Under the pieces are notes generated by a model. The model saw only the letters and a list, made by a program, of their open reading frames with translations, searched no databases and was not told the origin of the DNA. From contig NOWV01000228.1 in NCBI GenBank assembly GCA_003344405.1, positions 1-64,000 of the forward strand: a DNA stretch of 64,000 nucleotides, in the 5' to 3' direction. Of the stretch, positions 24,876 to 38,247 are shown in pieces (the stretch's first letter is position 1; each line of letters begins with the position of its first letter). The position numbers and the translations under genes were made by a program. The stretch is from Trichoplax sp. H2 (lineage: Eukaryota).

Positions 24876-27800
24876 GTTGATTCTTTCAGGCTAAAAGATG
24901 ACTGATAACAATGATGGCGATCGTTGGAATACTTTTTATTCTGAAGCTTAATTAACGAGAGACGACAACTCGCGCCTGAAAACTATACCACTCGCTCAAT
25001 TTTGGGTGTGCCAGCCTATAACTATTAATTATGCATTAGCTATGACCTTATGCGAATTAATTAGATATTATACGGTACGGTATTGTACTAGCAAGGACAA
25101 CTATGTAAATTACAGATACGCCTAGTAGCCTATGGTACTAGTCACTACCTGGTAGTCATAAATTACATAATGAGTAGAATACATAGCTGTATTAAGATTT
25201 CGTGTATTAACCTCGAAACGAAAAGAATTACGTATAAGTATTACTGTTTTCGATGCTCTAATTAATGCTGGACGCGTTACAGACCTTCAGATAAACTCCA
25301 ACTATATAATAGTATAAGCCTCAACAAAACAAAATCCAACCAATAATTACGATAAGTTTCTAGGAGAAATTATTTAAAACATTATCTAAGGACCATTTTT
25401 CTCTGCGGTTGACTTTATGAACGAAAGGATAGATGTAGTATGGTTCTAATGAATTTTTTTTCTGCCTCAATGTTACGACTTAAAGCACAATAACGAGCTG
25501 CAGGCCATAAATCCTCCTACAATTAATTTATACTCAGCCAAAAATCAAATTTTTATGGTAATCAGCCCAAAATTGTAATTATTTTTCGTACATTTACATT
25601 TCTACTTTCTTAAAACGACTATCACTCTATAATCTACTTCAACATAATATACTTGGTTTAGTATAACATCTATTCTAAGTATCACTTTTTGAGTATGTAT
25701 CTCTTAATTGAGATTCAATAAAAGTTAAGCATCATTAAATTTTAGAATCATTGCCATAATATTTATTCACATGCCATTAAAGTAAACTTTTGCTTTTCGA
25801 TTTGATTTCGATATAAATTATAATTCTAGAAGCTTTTAATGGTAAAAGCGCATACTCTACAATTTTGTTAAAATCATTCTACTTGCGAATTTACCGATAG
25901 AATTTATTCTATTCTCTGCTTACAAGCTATATTCTGTTATAGCGTACTAATATTGTGCACACATGTGTTGATATCGTTTGATCATACAGCATAAGCTATT
26001 GTAAGCATAACTAATCATCTATTTTTGTAGAACAGTGTCACGAACTACTTCCTGACAAGTTTACTAGTCTAACTTAAAGCACTTACTTTGAGTTGATTCT
26101 GCAGATTACTACCCTAATCTTCCGAAAGATCTAGTAAGAATATAGCGCTGCTACTATAACGCCTAAGAACTGCCCTTCTAAAAGGCTTACAGCCAGTAGA
26201 CACGCTGTACCATAATCTACAAAGCAGCTTCATTCAATAACTCACTACTCACTGTTCTCTCTCAAATTCAACTGATTCAAACCAATAACTAGACTCATGA
26301 ATAATCGTTTATCTTAACAAAGAAATACCAGACACACCCTGATGATGTAACTAGATAAAAAGATAAACATATTTATAAAGAACAATCTTGTCTAAATTAC
26401 GTACGTAATCATCAAGCCTTATTGACTAATAAATGTATCACATTACAAATAACGTTCAGAGATTTCATTTTTCGATAAAGCAAGAGTAATATTGATCTAC
26501 TATCGGATATTAATTCCTACAGTTGTAAGCACAATAAATCCTAGCATTTCCTATGCTATAACACTGAGACACTGCCAGCAACAGCACTTTCTTAAATTCT
26601 AAAATTTAGGCGACCTAGTGCCGTAACAAACAGTTACATTAAACTGGGTTAAAGTTGCGAAAAGAAGCAACGACAAAAATTCTCTTAAACACGAATTCTA
26701 TTACAAGTATATACCTCGAAATAACTAATTATGACTCTGACTTAAGCAATTTTGCAACAGACTATATATGCAGTTCGATGCACTATGAGAAAATCAATAG
26801 AATTACATAAAATTCGCCTTGATCAATTTTGCTAACCGTAAAATTGAATATAAACTAGTTTTCTGCCATTTTACGACCTAGTGTTGTCGTCAATAATTAC
26901 TGACGATACTTAAGAATATTCGTTGTTAATCGAATATTACACCTGTGATAATTTGGATCACTGATGGATTTCCATTAACGACTGTGTGGGTTTAAGTTAT
27001 TTCAATGCATGAATTACAGTGTTGTAATTAACATGGCGAATGTTGCACGAATAGTGTAATCTCGCATGTAATAGTTAATTTATAGGCACTTAATTTAACA
27101 ATTAATGTATTATAATAACCATGTACAAATCAGCGTATGGTAGGTAATTAATTTTGTTAGCTGGTTAATTTGAAGATTGCACCTATTGGCTTAAGAAATT
27201 AGATAAGTCCATTCTTTGTTAAAGGTTGTTGCTGTAGTTACTGTATTTGATCTATCAATAAGGCAAGCTATTAAATAATAAGTTCCCCAACCATATCGTA
27301 CTCGTTCTGAATTTAGCTCATTTACAGACTTAGAACTACATGGGGTCACTTTAGAAGCAAGATAGCTAAGAGATAGTACTTTAGTTTGGTCTCTATGTCC
27401 TAAGTGTGGTTGTAATATACCGATACTCTTATATGTGATGCAGTACGTATGATTCCAAGGTAGATGTAGCCGCATAATGTTTTGCTTAAATACGTATATA
27501 CGACACGTATTATTCGAACGAACGATGTATAGATAAAATTCATGGTAACTAAAATATGTTTGCTATTATCTTAATCATTCGATTTGCGCTATTCTTTAAT
27601 AACGACTTAAGGAATAGCCAAGATATGCTAACAAACCTTAATTCATATAATTATTAATTACAGCTTAAGGTATTATCGGTAGTCAGACTTATTTGAGTTG
27701 CTAGCTAGTATTAATTATCCAGTTTCAGGATCTGTTTATAAATAGCCATTCTTAATACGACAATATTACTATCTACTGAATTTTATTATTTAAAACTACA

Positions 27801-28265
27801 AAAATTGACCTTAATACAAGCACCACATTTTCTTAACGTCTTTGAGAATGATAATTTAAAATTATAGTCTTGTAACTATCAGCTAGTAGCCGCTATCAAG
27901 TAAGAGAGGCAAATTCTAATCGGCCACATTATAAGTACACCAAAGTCATTTAAGTAACAATATGATTATGAATCTAATGTAGTGATCGCTTTTATGATCA
28001 CAGCTTTTAAGTAATTTAGTGTAAATGTAAATTTAAGTAATTCTAAATTTCTGGATAATCTAAAGACACCCAATAAAATTATACAATAAAACTATGTAAA
28101 TTTAAACCGTAGAACTTAAAACTATCTAAAGAACAGATAGACAAATTAACAAGTTTAATTAAGAGGATTACTGTAAAGATACCGATTGTATTTTACCGTA
28201 GTCAGAACTAAAATTACAATACCGCATATCTTGTACATGCTATAAGTATATATATATACACTAAC

Positions 28266-31200
28266 TTAAGATATTTTAATCAAAGCCTCTTTATCCTCTT
28301 CCACATTAGTATGTTGTTGTCGTTGCCTAGTCGATGATGTTTCAGATTGTGGCATACTTGGCTGTGTTTGACCAGGAGCATTCTGCAAGCTTGACTGTAC
28401 TTGCTGTTGAGTAGATTGTGGATTTGGTTGGCTTACTTGTTGAGCTTGCTGTACATATGGTTGTGACGGTGGCTGCGATTGTTGTAAAACCTGTGGAGGC
28501 TGGTATGGCTGTAGATTAGGATATTGTTGAACTTGCTGATACCGTATTGGTTGAGCTGGTTGCGCAACCTGCACCGTTTGAGGCGAATTGATTACTGTTT
28601 GCGGTGGCATAACAGAATACTGACCCACAGGATTTTGTGGTACGTACATCGGTTGGGTAGGTTGCATAACCATAACTTTATTATATATACATAAGAATAG
28701 CTCAAGTTAAAACTAGATTAGTCTTTAATAATAAAGGTAGAAATACTTTCTAAAAACTTAAGGTATATACTAGTAAGATACCTCCAAAATACCGTACAAC
28801 AATAATAAATTACAAATCTTGATCAAAGAAGATATATTTATAGTTGTAAAATTAGTGAATTTTATAAAGTACTTTTTTCAAATCGTAATAACATTCTTAA
28901 AATATTTATAGAATACCTGGTTGATTAGGTTGAATTGCTATCATTTGCTGCTGACCACCACGATATTGGATAGTTGCAGAATTCTAAACATAATGTTGTT
29001 AAGTCAACAGCGTTAAAAGTTACTTTTACAAATGCACTTTTTAATTATTAAATCAACTAAGCATTAAAAATAGAAAATCTATCTTGTATTGCCAGTTGTT
29101 AAAAGTCTGAATTATGTAAGATTAATTAATAGTTTGAATATATGATTGTGGTTGCTTCTACCATTCTTCAGTAATAGTTAGTAATCATGAAATAATATAC
29201 GTAACGCATATACCTACGTCACTAATGAAAGATAGTCTGTACAGTAAAGTCTATTATGTATCAATATTATAGAATTAAAATCTAGATTCTTATTGAAGGT
29301 GCACCCAGCTTAAAATAATTTTCGCTAATATGTTCCTATCAATTTCAATTACGGTCGAAAATACAAGTAATTTGCATGGATTGCATACGTTTAAATAATT
29401 GCGATATAGTAGTACATACCATTGTCTCTGGCTTGCAGTAGATGGATCGTGATAAAATAACTACAATTGTCGTTATTAGAGCGAAGCAAACAACAGACAT
29501 CGTCAAAGAGGCAATAGGGTTCCATAAAGCATTATAATACGAATAATATTGAAAGAGAGACGGAATGCTGAGGCCGAATTGAATAATCGAAAAGATGAGG
29601 CTTATGATGGAAAAGGCATAATAGCAGTGCATCTGAGAACAGAAAGCATTCACAATTTGATTATTCAATCGTAAAATTGTGATATTTTAAATGACTAAAC
29701 GGCTGAAATCACAATACTATCGCAATATTACAAAAGTAATTAAAAATATCACAAAGTGAGCAAGTATACAAGAATTAAGAAATATAGCTGATGAGCTGGA
29801 TATCTCTATAATATTTAATTCAACTCCATTATTCATTATTAACATTCGTATTCAAAGTAAGGTTGCATAATCTTAAATTTTTTTGTTGATATACAATATA
29901 AACATCAACCTACCAAGTGAGGATTGCTTTGATTAGTATGGACAACAACTCCGAAAATTCCAGCCAAGAGGTACTATATGTTGAAGTGAATGCAAGAAAA
30001 TGCTATTAACAATCATTATATTTAATATACATGTCTTGGTGACACTAAGTACCGGTACCATATTGTGTTAAAGATAAAATACGAGTGTATCGATATATCA
30101 AAAATGCTATAAAGTCTTGATTTACATTGGTAAATCATCTATTTATCTGTTACTCGTTTAGCTATGATTATGAATTCAATTACTGCTCTAAGATAGAGAT
30201 TATCTTCAATTATTTCGCAAAGAATGTCTGAATAATTTCGCACTGTTAGATATACATTGCGTAAAGATAGTGATATCGAATGTATTGCACAAGTTTACTT
30301 AGAGTAGAGGGCTAAGTTGTGTATTAGCTACGATGATGGCTGAAATTAGCACAACATACAGTATATGACTTATAAGATGTTTACTCCATACATTAGAAAG
30401 GGTAATTCACTGATTATAATACATTAATATCGTAAAATTATCACAGTTAGCTCTATTGATATTTATTGTGTCACCTACATAACACTGAAGCTACTCATAA
30501 TACTGAAATATTTGTCATTAAATTCTTACCGTTTTATTTTATTTGTATATTATCTACTTAACACTACCTTGGTAAATTATAGCTAGACATTGCAATCAAA
30601 AATTATTAGCAATACTATCGGGCATGCATAGATTTACACTTTGGGTGGAACTCCAATTTCGTGCTGTAAAGTCAATAAGTATAGCGCGCTAGAATTTCCT
30701 TACAGTCAGAGTAGATACTATACTAAAGTATAACGAATTGTATTCTCTAAATTAAATATACAGGTCGTATCTATTCTAAAATAAACCAGCCGTTATGCCC
30801 GTATTACATAGGAGAGAATTGAGCTATTGATCTATGCGTATTACTGTATCGCAATAAATTAAAAATACCAACAATTAATAGGGGCTAAAGTCACTTGAAA
30901 GGAGTTTTAGAGGTATCATAATAGAAAATTCGCCTCCAACTACTAAAATTCTAATCATGAAGGCTATTACATCACTTTTAGTAAATTTTATAAATAACTT
31001 ATACAGGTATATAATTACTCAAGTACAGTAATTTTAATTCAGCAATACATACGCCTAAGCTGATATTCTCGAATTGAATAGTATTAATTGCAACATTACA
31101 TTGCAATATAAATATCCTATAAAGCATTCATACACACTTTTTATAAATTCTACGGAGGTTGTGTTACACTAATTTTTTAATAGCAAAACTGCTACCGTTC

Positions 31201-32388
31201 TTACGGTATATAAGAGATTACGTTGCTTACGTAGCGATCGATATGTCATCAATTGGATTAACTGTCATTCCACCTACACGGGAGATCTTCTCTATCTCCG
31301 TTAATCTGGTCTCGATGTATTTTATTTATAAAATATTCCTCAGTTGATCATTCTGAAGGGTTTAACTCAATATCATAGAGAGACACTACGAGTACCGCGC
31401 TGTATATTTTATTCGAGTTCGTATAACTGTTGACTCAGTAGCGGAACTTTCCGGTTTAATATTTTGAGTAGACCAATTTTATCATAATAGAGTATATTTA
31501 TGTTGAATTAAATAAAATAAGGTCCTGATGGTTGAAAACTAAGTCTGAATCAGATACAGTATACAAGTTAAAAAACTAGATTAATAAAATTAAATATTGT
31601 AATCAAACGGCTAAGTACAGTATAGTAAGATCGATTAATTAATATGTTGTGTGATGGAGGGTTCGAAGAGTCAGATAATGTGGTTTTAGTCGCCGAGCAG
31701 AGAATTGCACAATGAGCTTAAGAAAAGAGGATACTTTCTTGTAGATAGTAGTTAGGTACAATGTGATAATTACGGTAGGTCAGCGTGGTAGCTGCCGTGA
31801 GTAAAGTGTGAATACTAACTATGACTAAAATGCAACTTTAGAAATCTAAGGTAGAAAACGGTAGTATTTATAGCTATGGCATTAGAACACATGAAGAGAA
31901 CATGATTGTAGGATTAGATACAACATATACCATAACAGGTTATAGAATAGCAGATGATTGTAGAAAATAGCGAGGACTGTAATAACTAAATGTAGTAAGC
32001 CATATTTGAATGTAGAGCGAACAGACTGTAGATATGTCTAAATATAAGATCAATATAACATGTCTATATTTAAGAGTAGAATATAGTTACAGTATATTCT
32101 AAATACACTACATATTGGTATATGCTTATATATAGTAAAAATATCATAATTACTTACACCTAATCCAACCCATAAATCAAGACCAGTGATGATACTAAGG
32201 TATCGCCAATATCCATAAAAGCCAAAGCTGATACCACCTATGATCATGGTTACAACTCCAAGGACAATCATGGTAATACTAATTCCGAAAGACGCTTTTC
32301 TATACTGCACAGGCAAGACATAGGGATTTAATATATAAGACTGAGGATACTGCCTTGGCTGTTGAGCCATATTAACTGGTGCAGACAT
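28266..32388 (-). CDS. CD20/MS4A-like protein, copy 4 (closest paralog of copy 3). Exons 32388-32158, 29973-29914, 29632-29420, 28983-28917, 28675-28266
   Basis: Canonical splice sites, GLDLWVGLG/YLLAGIFG, long Q/P-rich tail ending EEDKEALIKIS. Confidence 0.85.
31650..32112. mobile_element. Solo-LTR-like element (463 bp) in intron 1 of MS4A-like copy 4
   Basis: TGTGAT...CTACA termini, flanks TGTTG/TATTG (5-bp TSD with one mismatch), homologous along its length to 46264-46751, absent from the equivalent intron position of copy 3. Confidence 0.75.
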
Positions 32389-35300
32389 GTTGTTTCTTTT
32401 AGGCTAAAAGATGACGGATAATGGCGATTGCTGGAATAATTTTTTTATTGTAAAGATCGTCTAATGAGAGAGAAAAGACACGTCGCCCCTGAAAACTATA
32501 CAATTCATTTATCCTGGGTGTGCCAAGCTATAACTGCGATTGATTAGTCAAGGCCTAAGGGGGAATTAATCATACTGTACGGTATGGTTCTAGTCACTTC
32601 CTGACTACCAGAGATTGCGTCATAAGGAGAGTCTATTTAAGTCTATTAAAGCTGAACGTGCCGTGCCGTAGATCTACAGACAGACTCTGACTGTACCGTA
32701 TAATAATATAAAAGATAGCAAAAATAAAATTGAATCCATAATTACAACAGATTTCCAGGAGAGACTATTTAAAACATAAGACGCCTACTTACATAATCAG
32801 CTAGCCTTTAGTTGATTGATCGACAAGGATTTTTTTTATTCACGATTGAATTTATGAACGAAAGGCAAGCTGTAGTATCCCATTTCGACAGTCCAGCTGA
32901 ATTTCAGGTAGAGCAATTAGCAATTAGCAATTGTATTCCGGGATGGCGCCTATTCTATAATAATTATTGGGCTATAAACGCAATTGAGTTGTAATAGCAT
33001 AAGCCTAACTACTCTTGAGATCACTACGATAAAGTATAGGCTAGTAATAGCGCTAATCGTAGCAGTAAACACTAGAAAAACTGTTCCAGCAAGCAACTTT
33101 AGGTTATTCAGTAGTTCTTTCTACAAGTCTTTCTGGCAGTTGTATTTGGCCAGAGTACTGTAGAGCGAAGTGCAGATTATCTTTGTATAAGATCTAATTA
33201 GGTCCTAAATTTCAACAAATTTGGAAATTTCGTACTGGTTTATCACAGTGACCTTATAATTATTCTCACTGCTTGCTAAAATTCAACCAAGTGCCGATAA
33301 AGTTTTATACGTACATAAAGAATATCGATAGTAATTGAAGGCGAGTGAGCGACAATATACAGTATATATTATACAGTCAATTAAACTAACATTATGGTTA
33401 TTATCAGTAGTGAACATTTGCCGTAGATATAATGAAAGCGAATATATTGAATTTGCTTACAAAGCTGTCACAAATCGTGATTTGTGACACTGGGGGGAAA
33501 TAACGGTATATAATATGGTACAAATCGCTCAGAAAACATTCACAAAACAGATCTTTAATAACACTAGAATTTTATGGTAGCAAATTCATAAAGCAATCAA
33601 ATACGAGAAACACACACTACAAACTTCATTCTCAAGACAACAGTAAAAAAATAATAGTTACTTCAACAGATATATAGAGAAATCAATTCGAAAGCAAAAT
33701 GAAGCAGAAAGAACTACGGTGAAAATTTAACTTAACCAAATCAACAATCATCATGAAAACTCGCTTCGCGACAAAAAGCTTTGCATTTTTACTGCGTAGA
33801 CGCCTAATATACTTGTCAGAAATGGCTTCGTGTAGTACTGTATAGTCATATACTAGATCATATTTGTTTGCTGGAATGTAAAGTGCTAGTAATTGCCACC
33901 TGTATAAGGTCAAGACTCTATTTATTGAGTAGTTACCAATTGTATTAGTAAAATTGGTAGATTTTATTGCGTGACTTACTTTGTATGAATGTGAATGTCT
34001 AGGTATAATTTATGAAATACTAGTGCAAACTCCCGTCGCTTTGCTGACGGTTTACGATAATGTGCTCATTTAACAGATAGTATTACCATTTGATAGACCT
34101 GCCAGAGGTTCAGTAACTTTTTACCGTGTATTTCCCACAGTTGAATCGAGCTAAGAAATCTGACGATATTTATAGTTTAGCATACACCTTGGAATAACTG
34201 ATTATGACTCTGATTTAAGCAACTCCACCATAGACTATCTATGGAGTTCAATGTACTCTGAACGGATCAATGAAATAAAGCGAAATTGATACCTATTAAT
34301 TTGTTAACCGTAAATAAAATATAAACTCGTTTTCTACCGATATTCTTATAAGTAATACACTATTTTTGAATCCAAGTTAGATATAATCGTATAATGTTTC
34401 GCATAAATAAAATTCGTGTTAGCTAGAACATGCTTGCTGTTATCCTTAAATATTGATCGTTCAACTTGAGTTATTCTTTTAAGGACGGCTTCATAGTCAA
34501 GATACGTTAAACAAACGTAAATTCATATATTAATTATTAAGTATAGCTTAAAGTATTATCGTCAGTCAGACTTATTTAAATTATTAGCGAGAATACACTA
34601 TCAAAGTGCAGGATCTGTTTATGAAGAGCCATGAGTGACACAATAACATCACCATTATTAAAATTTGTTGTTTAATAACTGGAAACATTAACGTTAATAC
34701 AAGTGACATATTTTCTTAGCGTCTTTGCAAACGATAATTTGAAATCATTGTCTGGTAACTATCAGTTAGTCGCCGCTATCAAGTAAAAGGTATTAAAGCA
34801 CACATTAATTGTACTATATGTAAAATAATTTCACAAATGTATAAATACACGATTCTGATTGATCAATAAACGATTCTCAATTAAACCTACTACCGATTAC
34901 CACGAATATAACAGCTAGCAAATAGCTAACTCATATAATATCGTGAAATTTAATACGAAGCTATGGTTCTCGTCAAATTATCTATCAGGCATTCTCTCAC
35001 CGTTCAATCGAGTTAAGAAATCTGATCATTGTAGTGATGCACCCATATTTGATTATACTGATAGCTATATTTGATATAGTTCGGTTTCTTTGAATAGCTA
35101 TTATCGTGAAGCTAATATTAGATGATTGCTAACTGCTATATTAAAAAATTATTAATGACTAATAGTAGCCAGTTGACTAATTATGGTATAAGATTTACGT
35201 GGTTAGAAACACTGTCGTAGCTAAGATGTCCTCCGGAGAAAAGGGCTAGACGTTAATAGAAGAGTAGTGACATCTTAAGTAGAATGATTTAGATTGTAGA

Positions 35301-35533
35301 AAATAATATGTACTATTTGAAAAAATATTTTGTTTGATGACTCATGTCTGAATGTAGATTAATCATGTTGTTTCATAAACGGATTTAACTAAATGTATAT
35401 AAGAAGTACAGACATGACCTCAGGAGGAGAAGAGACTTTACTTCGCTTTTAGCCCGGAATACCTTAGATGTTAGAGTAGATTCTTGCAGTAATTAATTAT
35501 TGCCCTACTATTCCTAAAACCTTGTAATAAAAG

Positions 35534-36789
35534 TGTAGTAAAAGGACTAAAAGTAGAGTCCTTTGTAGTTTTTAGTATGTAATTAGTATTATTTTACTAT
35601 ATAAAATACCTAGAAAGTGATAGTGTCTTTAAGTTTTACCCTGCCAAATCATCATGTCGCCATCTTTTCTTCTTCATTATTTTACAAGGTATTATATAGA
35701 TTACTATAGAAGTAGCCCTATAGAGCAAATGCCTAATCTAAAGAAAGGGCGTTTGATCGTCTATTCAAATTGTAAAGAAATTTGACTTAGTAGCAAAACC
35801 CTATCCTTAGAGAAAGGGGATTTATAACATGACGATAAAGTACTGTAAGGTAGTCTATACTCGTACAGTTACAGTACAATCTGACGCTAAAACATCAACT
35901 GTCAATACTCGCGAATACTAAGCGGTACTAATGTCAGAAAAGTAGTCGNNNNNNNNNNNNNNNNNNNNGTTTGATGACTCATGTCTGAATGTAGATTAAT
36001 CAAGTTGTCATAAACGGATTTAACTAAATGTATATAAGAAGTACAGACATGACCTCAGGAGGAGAAGAGACTTTACTTCGCTTTTAGCCCGGAATACCTT
36101 AGATGTTAGAGTAGATTCTTGCAGTAATTAATTATTGCTCTACTATTCCTAAAACCTTGTAATAAAAGCCTCTAAGAAAATATCATTTGACTAAGATATT
36201 TATTGTAAGATGCATTTATTACAATCGTATTTAGAGATTAGATTGTAAGTTGCTGATAGAGAACTAATTTATGCAATACAGTCCAGTTAGCATGCAGCTG
36301 TAGTTCTAATCAAATTATCTTTGAGATGTTTTCTTATAGCTCAATCGAGCTGGAAATCTGCCACTAATTCTTTTGGATTCTACATTNNNNNNNNNNNNNN
36401 NNNNNNGAAGCCTATAAATGATAGTGCAATTAGAAAATTTAGAGGGAGAGTAGAAGAAGATTTTATTTGAAGAACTTGTTGAATTTAAAAGGCCTTCGGG
36501 GTCGAATTGTCGTAAGTTAAAACGTTCTTCTTTTTGAAAGGTTGTTTGGTCGTTGACAGTTTTTAAGTCTGTCATTTATTTTAATAATACTTAAAGCTAA
36601 GTATTTGTAAGGTTGTTCGGTTTATACTTCTCTCCATTTTTGTTTTGAAATAAATTGTTGTTCGGTTATTTCCCCAAATTTTATTTGGTGTCAAAGTATT
36701 AGCGTTAAGTCGACCGGAGTGCAACGAAAGTAGAATCAAAGTTTGTTAAAGTTTCGTAGCTTGATCTCTACACATTTCATTTCATTACA
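35534..36789. mobile_element. LTR-type insertion with interior broken by assembly gaps, 4-bp TSD AAAG
   Basis: Left junction TAATAAAAG|TGTAGT, right junction ATTACA|AAAGCCTC. The empty site TAATAAAAGCCTC is present at 36160-36172 between the two N gaps. Confidence 0.7.
35969..36386. other. Alternative (empty-site) haplotype contig sandwiched between two 20-N gaps
   Basis: 35969-36168 duplicates about 35332-35533, and 36165-36386 duplicates about 36790-37011, each with a few SNP or indel differences. Confidence 0.8.
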
Positions 36790-38247
36790 AAAGCCTCTAA
36801 GAAAATATCATTTGACTGAGATATTTATTGTAAGATGCATTTATTACAATCGTATTTAGAGATTAGATTGTAAGTTGCTGATAGAGAACTAATTTATGCA
36901 ATACAGTCCAGTTAGCATGCAGCTGTAGTTCTAATCAAATTATCTTTGAGATGCTTTCTTATAGCTCAATCGAGCTGGAAATCTGCCACTAATTCTTTTG
37001 GATTCTACATTACTGCGATTCACAACACAACGGTACGTGGGAGGAAGTAAATCCTTCAATTAATTTTCTATTGAATTAAAACTCAAATTTCCAAATGAAT
37101 TGATCTTAGCTTGCTATTACCTTTCTTACACTTACCTTTCTATTTCTTAGAACTATTATCATTCTACAATGTGTTTGAGGATAATATGCTTAATTTAGTA
37201 TTAGTATTTTTAAGGATATGCCCTATTGATAATACAGTAAATTATTCTGTCTTTGAGCTCAAAATCTTCCACAATTAAATCAAAATTAAGCCTAAAAGTA
37301 AAATCTTATCATAGTAACGATATATAAATAAGGATGATAACGATGATTCTAAATTAAACGGTACTAACTTCTACGACAACGATGGAATACGATATGTTGC
37401 AACTGAAATCATTCTACTTGAAAAATTAGCAATATAGTATTGCATTTCCTGCTATCGAGCTCTAATCTATTATAGTTTATTAATCAATATTATCTGAAAT
37501 AAGTGATGATATCGTTGGATCATGCAGTACACGCTATTGTGAGCGATAATTAATCATCTGTATTTGTATGACAGCCAGTTTAAACTAGATTAAGCTGTGG
37601 CTAGAAGTGCAAAGACCTGTAAATAGAGATTCAAGTGCAAGCATACACCCCGAAGTAACTGCTTATGACTTTGATTTAAGGAAAGCTTATCCTAGACTTA
37701 CTTACAGTTCAATGCTTCATGATTACATGGATCATCGTATAGTTTTAATTGCCTGAGGTTGGCATAAATCAGTTATTTCTAACTGTAAGAAAAATACAAA
37801 TTCATTTTCTATTCAGGTTCTAATAGAGGTATGCAATGATTTCATCTAATCACAGGAGTTATGAGTTAGGGAATACAGTGATATTATGCAGCGTAGAACT
37901 GTATGTCTGAACATAATAGGGTTAAAAACTCATGCACTGCAGCGCGGCGCAGCACTTATGAGTCTACGTTCGATAAAATCATCTAGCTTTTTTGCACAAG
38001 TATTTTGTATAATATTGCATACAAACAGTCTATATTATTAATTTATTTATGAAAACAGAAATCGAAATAAAATTTGATCATTCAATATCTTAGCTACTTT
38101 TTTACAATAACATCCAAAATTTCTAAGACGTCATTTTATTTAAACGGTAACTAATATGTCGGAAATAATACACAGAATCTTCCTCGGAAAACATAATTAA
38201 GTGATTGGATTGGCGTTCTATTTATTGGAATGCTCAGTAAGAGTCTC

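Noticed and set aside
36315..36575. ORF spanning an N gap, and TGGTGTCAAAGT near 36686 resembling a tRNA primer-binding site
   Set aside because: The ORF crosses a gap joining two alleles and has no gag/pol motif. The PBS match is short and not adjacent to a defined LTR end.
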